Positions 18,950 to 29,800 of a DNA stretch of 64,000 nt are shown piece after piece. The notes under the pieces are model-generated. The model did no database searches. It saw nothing but the letters and a program-made list of their open reading frames with translations, and had not been told where the DNA came from. How positions within the stretch are numbered: the first letter of the stretch is position 1; every line of letters starts with the position of its first letter. A program made the position numbers and the translations under genes. Origin of the DNA: an uncultured Bdellovibrionales bacterium (GTDB lineage Bacteria; Patescibacteriota; Minisyncoccia; Moranbacterales; DUUL01); the NCBI GenBank assembly GCA_964421125.1, contig CAYQVD010000004.1, positions 930-64,929 of the forward strand, read 5' to 3'.

Positions 18950-19882
18950 ATGTTAAATAAAAGTAAAAAAACTTTAATTATATTTTTAATAGCAATATTT
19001 TTTGTTTTTAATTTTAATATTAAAAAAGTCAATGCGGGAGGATTGTGGTTTGAGTCGATTGCAGCCGAAATAATGCATGAAACTTGGGCGGAACTGTCAG
19101 AACAAATTAAAGGGATATTTATTGCAAAACTTAAGCAAGAAGGACTGAAGGCCTTTGCTAATACAGTTAGGGGTGAAGCAGATGATCAGTTAATTACTAA
19201 TTTTAATTCCTATTTAAGTGGTGAAGTTAAAAATGAAACAGAAGATTATGTAACTAATCTTTATGCAACAGTAGCAGATAGAGATAGTGGGGGTGATTAT
19301 ACTGATATGGCAAGAGGAATAACGCAAAAGGCTATTCAAAACGATTTATCTTCTGAAGTAGGGGGATCAGAAATAGAAAATATACTTAATCCGGGTGCTA
19401 ACGTGAAAGAAGATCTTTTTAAAGCATCTTCTGGGGGAGGAGTTGAAGTTATCCCTCGGATATTAGGTGATAGAGAAAATTTATATGGAAGATTTATGGG
19501 TGAAGCTACAAATATAAGTAATACCAGAGAAGTTATTAAAGAAGCGAAGATAACGGAGGCAACTGGACATGGCTACAGGGGAAATGGAGAGGTTTCTGGA
19601 GAAGTACTTGCTAGTAAGGTTGCTAAAGCAGAGACACTACAACAAGACTTGATTGCTAATGCGACAACTGCTGGAGAGATAGCAGCAATAATGGGAACGG
19701 AATTTGATCCATCGGAGATATTAGCAGCATCTTTAAGATCAGGGAAAGAGGCTTTAAGGAGCCTGGCAAAAGGAGCTTTAGGACCTCTTTATAAAGGTGT
19801 TGCAGGAGTAACAGGTTTGCAGGCTGTAGATGCAATAGCAGGAGGAAATTATTCAGGAATGGGATCTGTTTCATTTCAATAA
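18950..19882 (+). CDS. Secreted helical protein of the T4SS-like cluster
   Basis: Signal peptide ending KKVNA; lies upstream of the VirB6-like gene. Confidence 0.6.
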   Translation: MLNKSKKTLIIFLIAIFFVFNFNIKKVNAGGLWFESIAAEIMHETWAELSEQIKGIFIAKLKQEGLKAFANTVRGEADDQLITNFNSYLSGEVKNETEDYVTNLYATVADRDSGGDYTDMARGITQKAIQNDLSSEVGGSEIENILNPGANVKEDLFKASSGGGVEVIPRILGDRENLYGRFMGEATNISNTREVIKEAKITEATGHGYRGNGEVSGEVLASKVAKAETLQQDLIANATTAGEIAAIMGTEFDPSEILAASLRSGKEALRSLAKGALGPLYKGVAGVTGLQAVDAIAGGNYSGMGSVSFQ

Positions 19883-19891
19883 TAAGGTTTA

Positions 19892-22057
19892 ATGCAAAAA
19901 TTTAAAATAAAAAATCATTATTTTAAAAACAAGCAATTTTTAAGCAGTTGTTATTTTTTAATGAGTAATTATATTTTTAAAATTAAAAAAACAATAGAAG
20001 ACAGATTGTTTCTGTTTTATTTTAAGTTAGAAAATTTTACTGGAAAGATGAGAAATAAAAAAACAATTAGTTTTGTGGCTTCATTTTTTTTATTACTTAT
20101 ACCATTTTTTTCTTTTGCAACAGAAGAGGGAGTCAAGGCTCCTGACTTATTGGAAGAACCTACCGGTGGCTTTTGGGGAAATATGTTTTTTAAAGGAACG
20201 CTTACTATTTTTTATTTAATATTCAAACTTATTGCATATATTTATTTTTTCTTTTTAAAAATTTTAGATTTTACGATATCTGGTAGATTATTTGATGATG
20301 TTTTTTTCTCCCCAACATCTTTAGTTGTTTTAAATACTTCATGGGCAGTTATTCGTGATTTTTTTAATTTATTTTTTATTCTTATTATAGTTTTTATTGC
20401 AATTTCAATCATTTTGGGAATTGATAAATATAATGATAAAAAATTAATTTTTAGAGTGATAATGGCAGCAGTTTTGGTAAATTTTTCAAAAGCAATTTCT
20501 TTAGTGATTATTGATATTTCACAATTAACTATGGGATTTTTTAGTCAAGCAATTACTTTGGTTGGGAATAATTTCATTAATGTTTTTGCTGATAAGCTTA
20601 GTATGGGAAAGGTATTAGGAGGCTTTCCATTTGACAATTCCGCTACTTTTTTTGTTGCATTATTGATATCAATTATTTTTTTGTTTTGTTTGACAGTTTT
20701 AATAGGAATTTTAGCGATAGCTATGGTAATTCGTTTAGTGGCTTTTTGGGTTTTAGTGATTCTTTCTCCAATGGCTATGTTTGGACTTTCTCTTCCGGGA
20801 ACTGCAATTGGAAAGTTAACAAAAAAATGGTTTGAAAAAATGGTTTCATGGGCATTTTTTGGTCCGTTAATGATGTTTTTTTTATGGTTAGCTTTGATAG
20901 TGGTTAGTACGGCTTCAGCGGCTATAACTAGTGGCGATGCTGGTATGTTTGGATCGGTATCCGTTGGTGTTAATCAAAAGGCCTTAGAACAAATGATTTC
21001 TGAAGTTTTAAAAATGCTAATTCCTTTTATCGCAGGAGCTTATTTGCTTTGGTATGGATTTGATCAATCCAGAACATTGTCTCAAGGAGCGGCAAGTGCA
21101 GTTATAGGGTGGGGAGGGGAAAATATGAGTAAATGGGGAAAAACAGCTGCTAAGGGAGTTGGTTATACCGCAGCAGCTCCTCTTGTTGCAGCAGGGGCAG
21201 TAGGAGCTTATGGAGCGAATATGGCGGCAGGAGGAAGTAAAAATCCTCTTAGATTAAAAGAGGATTTAAAAGCTAGATATGAAGGAACAAAAAATCGTGT
21301 AAAAAATTCAAAAATAGTTAAGCCTTTTACAAAAGAAGAAAGAGAAAAAGACTATAAAAATAAAGTTGCTAGGTATTCTGGTGAAACAGAAGAACTTGAA
21401 CGAAGTGTAAATAATGAGGAAGTGAAAAAACTTGAAGAGGATAAGTCTCTTACTAAGGATGATGCTATGTCAAAAATGAATAACACAAGGGCCAGTAAAG
21501 AATCAAGAGTTGCAGCAGCAATGTATTTATCAAAAAAAGGATTTTTAAATAAAGGAAAAGAGCATTCAGCGGCTGAGGAGGCGATGAAATTAACAGGAAA
21601 TAATTCACTCAAGGATACTTTTGATAAAAATTCAAAAGATAAAAATTCTCTTGGTAGATACGAAAGTAATATTAATAAACAAAAAGCTATTGTTAAAAAG
21701 GAAGGGGTAATTACAAATGAAAAGCAGATTGGAATAGAAGCGGAAAACCGTGCAAAGTCTGAAGTTAAAAAAGATATAGACAAAAAATCTCTTGATGACA
21801 TATTAAAAATGGATAAAGAGCTTCTTGAGGATAAAGAAATTTTTGATCATATTAAAAAGATGGGATTTGATCTTAATAATGCTGTTAAAAAAGGCAATAA
21901 GAACTTAACAGGAAAAAAGGCAAGAGCAATTAGAGGGAATCTTAATCTACAAGAAGATAAAAAAACAGTTAAGAATATAAGAACTCATTCTGATGTACAA
22001 AGAGACTTAAGACTTAGAAATGACAAAGAGATAAAAAAACATTTTCCTGAAAAATAA
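19892..22057 (+). CDS. VirB6/TrbL-like polytopic membrane protein
   Basis: W..IRDF.N.FFI, A.LVNFS, R...W.L.ILSP, Gly/Ala-rich linker and charged C-terminal tail. Confidence 0.7.
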   Translation: MQKFKIKNHYFKNKQFLSSCYFLMSNYIFKIKKTIEDRLFLFYFKLENFTGKMRNKKTISFVASFFLLLIPFFSFATEEGVKAPDLLEEPTGGFWGNMFFKGTLTIFYLIFKLIAYIYFFFLKILDFTISGRLFDDVFFSPTSLVVLNTSWAVIRDFFNLFFILIIVFIAISIILGIDKYNDKKLIFRVIMAAVLVNFSKAISLVIIDISQLTMGFFSQAITLVGNNFINVFADKLSMGKVLGGFPFDNSATFFVALLISIIFLFCLTVLIGILAIAMVIRLVAFWVLVILSPMAMFGLSLPGTAIGKLTKKWFEKMVSWAFFGPLMMFFLWLALIVVSTASAAITSGDAGMFGSVSVGVNQKALEQMISEVLKMLIPFIAGAYLLWYGFDQSRTLSQGAASAVIGWGGENMSKWGKTAAKGVGYTAAAPLVAAGAVGAYGANMAAGGSKNPLRLKEDLKARYEGTKNRVKNSKIVKPFTKEEREKDYKNKVARYSGETEELERSVNNEEVKKLEEDKSLTKDDAMSKMNNTRASKESRVAAAMYLSKKGFLNKGKEHSAAEEAMKLTGNNSLKDTFDKNSKDKNSLGRYESNINKQKAIVKKEGVITNEKQIGIEAENRAKSEVKKDIDKKSLDDILKMDKELLEDKEIFDHIKKMGFDLNNAVKKGNKNLTGKKARAIRGNLNLQEDKKTVKNIRTHSDVQRDLRLRNDKEIKKHFPEK

Positions 22058-22063
22058 AAATAT

Positions 22064-23107
22064 ATGAAAATAAATAAATTACAACTTAATCCTGTTTTTG
22101 CGAGAATTAATAGTGATGACAAAGTTGATGGAGATGAGTTTGAGATATGGTATGAAGAAAAATTTCAAAAAGCTTCGCTTGAAGTGAGACTTGGAATTGG
22201 TGGTGACACGGTAGAAGAAGAAATTCAAAAAATTTGTGAGAAATTTGGGATTTCTGATTGGCAGAAAATTGGATATACAGCCAGGATAATTAGAGATATT
22301 TTTTGTGATGATCTCAAAGAAGACGGAATAAAAAAGATAGCAATTGAGAATATTAATATTGAAAAAGCTGATTTAGCAGTTTTTCTTCAGTTAATTAAAG
22401 AAATAGTAAAAAAAATTAAACAAGCTGGAGAAAAAGAATATACTGAAATAATTGATAAATTAACACTAAAGGAAGCAGTGAGGCTATATCCAGAAATTCA
22501 AAAACAACAAATTTCAGAGAAAGCATTGAGACCTGAAGGTAGCGAATATTTAGTGGCGGGTAATGTAAAAAATTGGTTAACAAATTATTTTCAAGAAGTA
22601 GGGGGGAATAAGCATAGTTCTCTTGAAAGAAGTGATTATTTGTTTAAATCAAAGAGCGTTAAGGGTTTAGATCAAGATGAAATAGAGAATCTAGGAGTGA
22701 TTTTAAAAGCCTTTGATGATGATTCTCTTGTGGCAGTTGACAAGGAATTTAAGGAGATTGATTTTAACGAAAGTAGAGCGTTGGATAATGGGAAAAGAAA
22801 ATTAAATGGTATTATGAAAAGTTATGATAATAACTTGGAAAATGATTTAGTTGAAAATAAAGGAATAGAAAGAATTTCAAAACAACCTGAATATAATTTA
22901 AAACAAAAAGATAAATTTGAAAAAATTGAGAGTACTCCTAGGTTTGAAGTGGACGGAAATTCCAAAAAAAATAATTCAGAAATTCCAAGTAATAATGTCA
23001 TTAGTCTTAAACAAACAGATCCGAATCTTCAGGTAGAAAAAAAAGAAAAGAAAAAAAGTAGAAGTGAAAACGATCAAAATGTTTTAGATTTGAGTGATTT
23101 TGTATAA
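22064..23107 (+). CDS. Hypothetical protein of the T4SS-like cluster
   Basis: 347-aa ORF ending NVLDL, in operon context. Confidence 0.65.
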   Translation: MKINKLQLNPVFARINSDDKVDGDEFEIWYEEKFQKASLEVRLGIGGDTVEEEIQKICEKFGISDWQKIGYTARIIRDIFCDDLKEDGIKKIAIENINIEKADLAVFLQLIKEIVKKIKQAGEKEYTEIIDKLTLKEAVRLYPEIQKQQISEKALRPEGSEYLVAGNVKNWLTNYFQEVGGNKHSSLERSDYLFKSKSVKGLDQDEIENLGVILKAFDDDSLVAVDKEFKEIDFNESRALDNGKRKLNGIMKSYDNNLENDLVENKGIERISKQPEYNLKQKDKFEKIESTPRFEVDGNSKKNNSEIPSNNVISLKQTDPNLQVEKKEKKKSRSENDQNVLDLSDFV

Positions 23108-23119
23108 GCAAATAATAAA

Positions 23120-23521
23120 ATGCGTTATCAAGTCCCACAATTTATTGATATAGAAGACAAAATTGCTTTTCAGTTAACCGCTAAGCAATTGGGTTGGTTT
23201 GCTATTGGTGGAGTAATGCTATTTGTTCTTTGGACTTTTGTTTCGTTTGTCCTGTTTGTTGTTTTTGGCATTATGATCATTGGTGCCTCAGCTGGATTAG
23301 CCTTTGTTAAGATTAATGGAGCGTCGTTATTAGAATATCTTGGTAATAGTTCAACATTTTTTTTCAAACCAAGAATTTTTATTTGGAGAAAAACAGTTAG
23401 TTCTGCAGAAGGTTTATATCAAAAAGCTAGCCCTAATTTACAGAAAAATAATAAAACAAGAGTAAAAAAGAAAAAAATTGAAGATTTAGACAAAATAGTA
23501 AACATTCTTAATTCACAGTAA
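23120..23521 (+). CDS. prgI: PrgI-family (VirB3-like) protein
   Basis: MRYQVPQFIDIEDKI...LT.KQ, two TM segments, P...IW.K. Confidence 0.88.
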   Translation: MRYQVPQFIDIEDKIAFQLTAKQLGWFAIGGVMLFVLWTFVSFVLFVVFGIMIIGASAGLAFVKINGASLLEYLGNSSTFFFKPRIFIWRKTVSSAEGLYQKASPNLQKNNKTRVKKKKIEDLDKIVNILNSQ

Positions 23522-23538
23522 CTTTAAAGTTAACGGTT

Positions 23539-24216
23539 ATGCAAGAAAATAAAAACAAAGATAAATATCCATCCTTTCAGGATCAAATGGATATTGCTGA
23601 AATAAAAGAAAATGCAGTTGTCTTAAAAGATGGTTCTTTGAGAGCAGTTCTAGCTGTTTCTGCGATTAATTTTGATTTAAAATCTGACCAAGAACAAGAA
23701 GGACTAATTTTTGCTTATCAAGGATTTTTAAATGCTTTTGATTTCCCTTTTCAAATAGTTGTTTCTTCAAAGAAATTTGATGTTGATCCATATTTATCAA
23801 TGTTGAAAAGAAAAGGTCGAACAGAAACAAATGAATTACTTCGAAGACAAATAGAGGATTATACAACTTTTGTTGGTGAATTAGTTGGAATGGCTAATAT
23901 TATGACTAAACTTTTTTATATTATTATTCCTTTTTACTCAATAGAAAATAAACAAAAAGGATTTTTAAGTAAGATTTCTTCTACTATTAATCCAAGAAAA
24001 ACTATCTATCAAAAAAACGAAGATTTTGAAACATATAAAAATCAACTTTTTCAAAGAGTTGATCAAATAAGTGAAACATTATCTGGCACAGGTGTTAAAA
24101 TGGTTCCACTTAGCACAGAAGAATTAATTGAACTTTTTTATAATTCATATAATCCATCTGAATTTGAGTATGTAAAAATGGAGGATTTAAATAAAATGGA
24201 ATTGGAGAAGAAGTAA
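23539..24216 (+). CDS. Conserved protein preceding VirB4 (TraC/VirB4-N-like)
   Basis: I.EIKE..VVLKDGSLRAVL.VSAINFDLKS..EQ, LSTEELIELFYNSYNP. Confidence 0.75.
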   Translation: MQENKNKDKYPSFQDQMDIAEIKENAVVLKDGSLRAVLAVSAINFDLKSDQEQEGLIFAYQGFLNAFDFPFQIVVSSKKFDVDPYLSMLKRKGRTETNELLRRQIEDYTTFVGELVGMANIMTKLFYIIIPFYSIENKQKGFLSKISSTINPRKTIYQKNEDFETYKNQLFQRVDQISETLSGTGVKMVPLSTEELIELFYNSYNPSEFEYVKMEDLNKMELEKK

Positions 24217-24234
24217 AAATAAGAAATAATTAAG

Positions 24235-26085
24235 ATGTTCAAGTTATCTAAAAAGAAAAAAGAAAATAAAGAAAAGCAACAAATTGCTCAAGTTCCGAAT
24301 ATTAATAAGAATGATATTCAAGAGCAAAATAGAATTTACAGAGAAGGTCTAGTCAGGGTTTTAGATTTTATTGCTCCTTCAGCTTTAGCTATTTCTTCTT
24401 CTAATATTCAAATTGGAGAAGTTTATTGTCGAACGTTGTTTATAACAGCTTATCCAAAAATTTTACCAATTGGATGGATGGGGGGGATTATTTCCTTGGA
24501 TTTGCCAATGGATATATCTATTTTTGTTCACCCAATTGAAACTGTTAAGATAATGAAGTCTTTGCGAAAAAAAACCACTCAAATTCAATCAGAGCTTGAC
24601 ATCGAATCAAAAAAGGGATTAACCCGTAATCCAATGCTTGAAATGGCGTATAGAAATGTAGAAGAATTAAGAGATAAATTGCAAGAAGGAGTTGAAAAGT
24701 TTTTTAAGATGGGCGTTTATGTAAATGTTTTTGGAAAAAGTTCTGAAAAGCTTGATAAAAATGCTTCATATCTAATCACAACTCTTGAGTCACAATCAAT
24801 TTATGCGAAAAAATCAATTTTTCGGATGAAAGAAGGTTTTGACTCATGTTTACCATTATGTACGGATAAGCTTATGACTGGAATTGATTTTAATACAGCA
24901 CCTTTATCAACTTCATTTCCTTTTATTTCTGCTGATGTGACTTCTAATGAAGGAATTTTGTATGGAGTAAATAAGCACAATAATTCTTTGATTCTTTTTG
25001 ATCGTTTTACAATGGAAAATGCCAATATGGTAGTTTTTGCAAAATCTGGAGCTGGTAAAAGTTATGCGATTAAATTAGAATTATTACGTTCATTAATGCT
25101 TGGAACGAGTGTTATTGTCATTGATCCAGAAGACGAGTATCGATATTTAGCAGAGGCAGTAGATGGAAGTTTTATAAAAATTTCTCTTAACTCTCCTCAT
25201 CATGTTAATCCTTTTCAGTTAGCTATTGAAAAAGGTGTTGATATAAGCGAATTATTGAGATCTAATATCGCTAATTTACTTGGTCTTTTTAAGTTAATGC
25301 TTGGAAGTATAACCCCAGAAGAAAGCGCTGTTCTTGAGAGAGCGATTAGGGAAGTTTATGCATCAAGAGATATCTCAGAAAAAACTTCGCCAGAAAGATT
25401 AGCGGGGATTACCATGCCAATTTTATCTGATTTATATGAAGTTTTGAGAAATATGCAAGGCTCAGAGGATTTAGCAATTAGACTAGAAAAATATACAAAA
25501 GGAGTCTTTTCGGGGTTCTTAAATCATCCATCAAATATATCACTTAATAATCAGTTAGTAGTTTTTAACATTAGAGACCTTGAGGAAGAATTGAGACCAA
25601 TTGCTATGTATCTAATTTTACATCATATTTGGAATGAAATTCGAGTAGATATTAAAAAACGAATAATTGTGGTTGATGAAGCTTGGGTAATGATGGAACA
25701 TGAAGCTGCTGCAAAATTCTTATATTCAATTGCAAAAAGAGTTAGAAAATATTATGGAGGATTAACTACTATAACTCAAGATATTTCCGATTTTATGTCT
25801 TCAAAATATGGAAAACCAATTGTTTCAAATTCTTCTATGCAACTTCTTATGAAACAATCACAATCTTCGATTGATGTAGTGGCTAATACATTTTATTTAA
25901 CAGATAGAGAAAAATATCTTTTAATGAATAGTGGAGTAGGGGAAGGGATCTTTTTCGCTGGTTCTAAGCGAGCTGCAATTCAGGTGGTGGCTTCGTATAA
26001 TGAGGATAAACTTGTGACAACTGATCCAGCACAGCGCTTAGAAATGAAAAAAGAAGAAGTTTCTGATGAGATTGAATTACTTTAA
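24235..26085 (+). CDS. virB4: VirB4-like secretion ATPase
   Basis: NANMVVFAKSGAGKS, IDPEDEY, VVDEAW, RKYYGGLTTITQ. Confidence 0.9.
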   Translation: MFKLSKKKKENKEKQQIAQVPNINKNDIQEQNRIYREGLVRVLDFIAPSALAISSSNIQIGEVYCRTLFITAYPKILPIGWMGGIISLDLPMDISIFVHPIETVKIMKSLRKKTTQIQSELDIESKKGLTRNPMLEMAYRNVEELRDKLQEGVEKFFKMGVYVNVFGKSSEKLDKNASYLITTLESQSIYAKKSIFRMKEGFDSCLPLCTDKLMTGIDFNTAPLSTSFPFISADVTSNEGILYGVNKHNNSLILFDRFTMENANMVVFAKSGAGKSYAIKLELLRSLMLGTSVIVIDPEDEYRYLAEAVDGSFIKISLNSPHHVNPFQLAIEKGVDISELLRSNIANLLGLFKLMLGSITPEESAVLERAIREVYASRDISEKTSPERLAGITMPILSDLYEVLRNMQGSEDLAIRLEKYTKGVFSGFLNHPSNISLNNQLVVFNIRDLEEELRPIAMYLILHHIWNEIRVDIKKRIIVVDEAWVMMEHEAAAKFLYSIAKRVRKYYGGLTTITQDISDFMSSKYGKPIVSNSSMQLLMKQSQSSIDVVANTFYLTDREKYLLMNSGVGEGIFFAGSKRAAIQVVASYNEDKLVTTDPAQRLEMKKEEVSDEIELL

Positions 26086-26134
26086 GTTACGATAAGAATC
26101 TTTATAAAAAAAGAATGTTATAAGGGAAATTTAA

Positions 26135-26812
26135 ATGAAAGCAAAAATATTAAATAAAAAAAATCAATTTTATGTAACATTATTAATTAGTGTTATTATT
26201 ATTGGTTTGCAATGGTTATTAATGAGAGATGTTAAAACTAATGGCGTTTGGGAATGGCTTCTTTCTTCTCTTTTTTTGTTTTTTATTTTACCAATAATCG
26301 TTATTAAATTTTATTTTAAAGAAAATCTTTCTAGTTTTCATTTATCTTTTAATTTTGGATTACGAGAAATTTTAACTACATTAATTTCTGGAGGAATTTT
26401 TATTGGAATATTTTTGTTATTAATGGTAAAATTTAGTTGGTATGAAAATTTCCCTTTTTCAGATTTTTACTTAGGAGATAAAAACGTTTTTCTTTTTATT
26501 TGTTTTTTAATTTCTCCATTAGTTATTTTTTTTAGACAATTTTTCTTTTTGGGATTTTTGTTAAAATCAGCTGAAAAAGTAGTTGGAGCATGGAGGGGTG
26601 TGATAATTTTTTTTATTTTTCTTTTTCTTGCATTTTTTATATCGGGAAAAGATTTTTCAGTTGTGGTTTTTTCTTTAACTTTATTTGTGAATATTTTTCT
26701 TGCATGGTTAGTTTTAAGAACGAGAACAGTCATTTTAACATCTTTGGTTGCTTGGATTATTAGTATGGTAATTGATTTTACTATTTTTTATCAGATAAGT
26801 CTTATTAGATAA
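26135..26812 (+). CDS. Membrane protein, degenerate CPBP/Abi-like
   Basis: Multi-TM; RQFFFLGFL sits where CPBP proteins have EE.FRG. Confidence 0.5.
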   Translation: MKAKILNKKNQFYVTLLISVIIIGLQWLLMRDVKTNGVWEWLLSSLFLFFILPIIVIKFYFKENLSSFHLSFNFGLREILTTLISGGIFIGIFLLLMVKFSWYENFPFSDFYLGDKNVFLFICFLISPLVIFFRQFFFLGFLLKSAEKVVGAWRGVIIFFIFLFLAFFISGKDFSVVVFSLTLFVNIFLAWLVLRTRTVILTSLVAWIISMVIDFTIFYQISLIR

Positions 26813-26824
26813 TATGATATATAA

Positions 26825-29800
26825 ATGAAAACAAAAATTAAAAAAATATTAAGCATTTTTCTTGTTATTTTTCTTTTTATTCCATATATTTCTTTGGCTG
26901 AAAGTTTTGGTATTAGCGGAGGCAATCTTGATTCTCTTGGCACTCTAGGTAGTGTTGGTAGTCTAGGTAGTCTTTTGGGTATTAGTAGTGTTAGCGAATT
27001 TGTAACGCAAGGATCAGCTACAGTAGAAGATCGCTATGGGTTTGATAAAAATATGATGCGTCGGGCTCAGCAAAAAGAAGATGTTCCAACGGCTGAAATA
27101 AATTTTAGCAACACTTCTCCTGAAGAAGGGGATTTTGTTTCTGCCACAGCTTATTCACAAAGATTCAAAAATGTTGCTGAAGATCTTTATTATACTTGGT
27201 ATATTGTTCATGTTGATCAAAAGGGAGATTATGTTGATTCTTCTGGTAATAAAATTATCAAGGACTGTGATGAAGAAGAAGACAAAGAAGAGTGTAAGGA
27301 GTGGAATGAGTCTGCGGTGATTGAAAAAGGAAAAGTGGAAGCGATGGGAAGAATTGCAAGAGGGGATTTTGATCCTGCCCTTTTTGGGGTGGATTATGAT
27401 GCAATTGTTAATCAAGGGGTCAATAACGATGGCACTGTGTATATTGATGATGATGATGGTTTTTATACCCCCTTTGGCGGAAGAGAAGGGGTTGGAGGAA
27501 GAGATGGTGACCGTGATGAAATTGGAGGGATTGGTTCATATGAGACAGAAGACGAAAACATGAAAGACAAAAAAAGAGGAATTGTTCGAGGTGATCGAAT
27601 TACCCGTTGTTATCGACACAATTTTGGAAATGTTTCAGGTGGAGTAGAAGATGTGGATTCAGGAAAGGATTTAATTGTTGAATGTAAGCATAAGTTTGCA
27701 GATCCTGATTATTTAGAAGATTATAGTGGGTATAAAGAAATGGGTGACACGATTAAGAAATACACTATTTCATGTGTTAATCCAGGAAAAATAGGAGACA
27801 ATAAGTTTGATGAAGAAGATGAGGCTTGTTGGAGATTGAATCCAAATAGCGCAGATACTGACGGGGATGGTTTCGTGGATGAAGCAGATCTAGCAGGGGT
27901 AGGTCAGTCAACTTTTTCTTGGAGATACAAAGAAGGGGATCGGGTTGGAGTGATTATTGAAGGAACATCAATGACGGCTATAAATGATGATGGCTCTATT
28001 CCAGATGAAGAAAGTGATTATAAAGATGAAATAGCAGAAACAGCTGGTATTCAAGAAGAAGAAAATACTTTATATATAGGAGGAGGATTTATTGAAAAAG
28101 CTTCTCTTGTTGTGGCTATAAGAGAGATTTTTAATAGAGAATTTGATTCTGCTTCTTGGAATTCTGCAAATGACGAGACGAATATTGAAGATCTTATTGA
28201 AGCAATTGATTCAGCTGGAGTTACAAAAACCGGAGGAATTATTAATGCAGAGGAATTAGAAGAAGCGCTTCATGACGGAAAAACTATTAGTAGTCTTCAA
28301 AGAGAATTTTCTAATAATCATATGGAAGTGGATGATTATATGAATGATGATTATATTGAAATAACAGGTCAGTTTAGTGCAAAAGATCTTTTCTTAACTT
28401 TAGCAGGGTATTTTCGTATAAATCAATATGAACTGAGAGATATTATTATGGATCAATCTTTAGGAGTCCAATTAGAAATTGCTGAAAAAATAATTCCCAG
28501 ACTTTATAATATGTATGATTGGACATTGATGACAGAAGCAGAGGCATTGCAAACATTAGAGGACGATGTTTGGTATTGTAATTCTTGTGGAGGACCATAT
28601 GAAATCACCTCCTTTCTTTTTGAATATTGGTCAGGAACAGACAAAAACGATCCAGAGGAATACTATGAACTTACTCAAGAAGATATAAATGGCTGGTATT
28701 TTAATGAATTAGTTTTAGGAGATGCAGGATATAATCCTCTTATAACAACTCCTCAGTATCCATATGCCGTGTCAATTCCTGTTGATAGTGTTTATCATTT
28801 TTTTGAAGATGGAATTAATATGTTTAGTACTAGTTTAGTGCAGACTTCATCTGAAGTAGAAACGACTCTTGAAGATGGTCTTCATGCAGCTTTTATTTCG
28901 AGTTCAAGCGGTTCTTCTCAGGATGATTTAGAAGACGACTTAGCAGAATTTGATTCAAAAAGTGCGTCGAGTGCTTATTATAAGATAATGTGGGCAGGAT
29001 TGGGTATTTGTTCAAAGGAGAATGATGAAGATGATGAGGGTGGTTTAGATGGAAATGAATGTGCAAAAAATCCTGAGGATTATTATGAGAACAAGAATTA
29101 TGAAGATTATGACATGGATGAGAATCCAGAGGATGGAAGTAAATATGACCCAACAGAATATGGCTTTAATTATTTAGAAACTAGACCTGTTCTTCTAAAA
29201 GAAGCTGAAACTCTTAAAACAGCACTAATTTATTCCCCAAGAAATCCTTTGTATGATGATCTAAATCCATTTCTTTCTGATACGATAACTATTTATTCAC
29301 AACTTGAGGACGCAACAGTGGATAGTAATTTTGTTCATTATGATTGGGAGATATATAAATGTAGTAGCTTAAATGATGATACTTGTACGGAAAGTGATGC
29401 TAATTGGCTTACGAAGAAATGTGCAGGTTCAACAGGAAAGGTTCTAGGTCTTTCTTTAGAAGAGTGTACAGAAAAAAGTACGGGGACAATAGAGAATGTA
29501 ACAATGTTTACGTCTGATTCACTTGCTTCGGGAATGGGTGTTTCTAGTATTAGTTTTACTCCTAATGGATATTATTCTAATGAATATGAAACAGGTAATT
29601 TATTGACAGATGACAGTGAGGGAAAACTTTTCTTTAAAATTGCCTTAAAAACAAAAGAGTTGAATTCTTCTGATACAATGGCACTTTCAACTACTATGAT
29701 TCAAGTGGACAAAAAAGATCTTAAGATAGAATTTTACAAAACACGTAAAAATAGTGACGGAGAATTTACTTATCTAGATGAAAAAGAAGCTGAAATGGAG

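Noticed and set aside
17866-26085. Integrative conjugative element
   Set aside because: No relaxase, VirD4, integrase or att boundaries in the window; composition and context match the resident chromosome.
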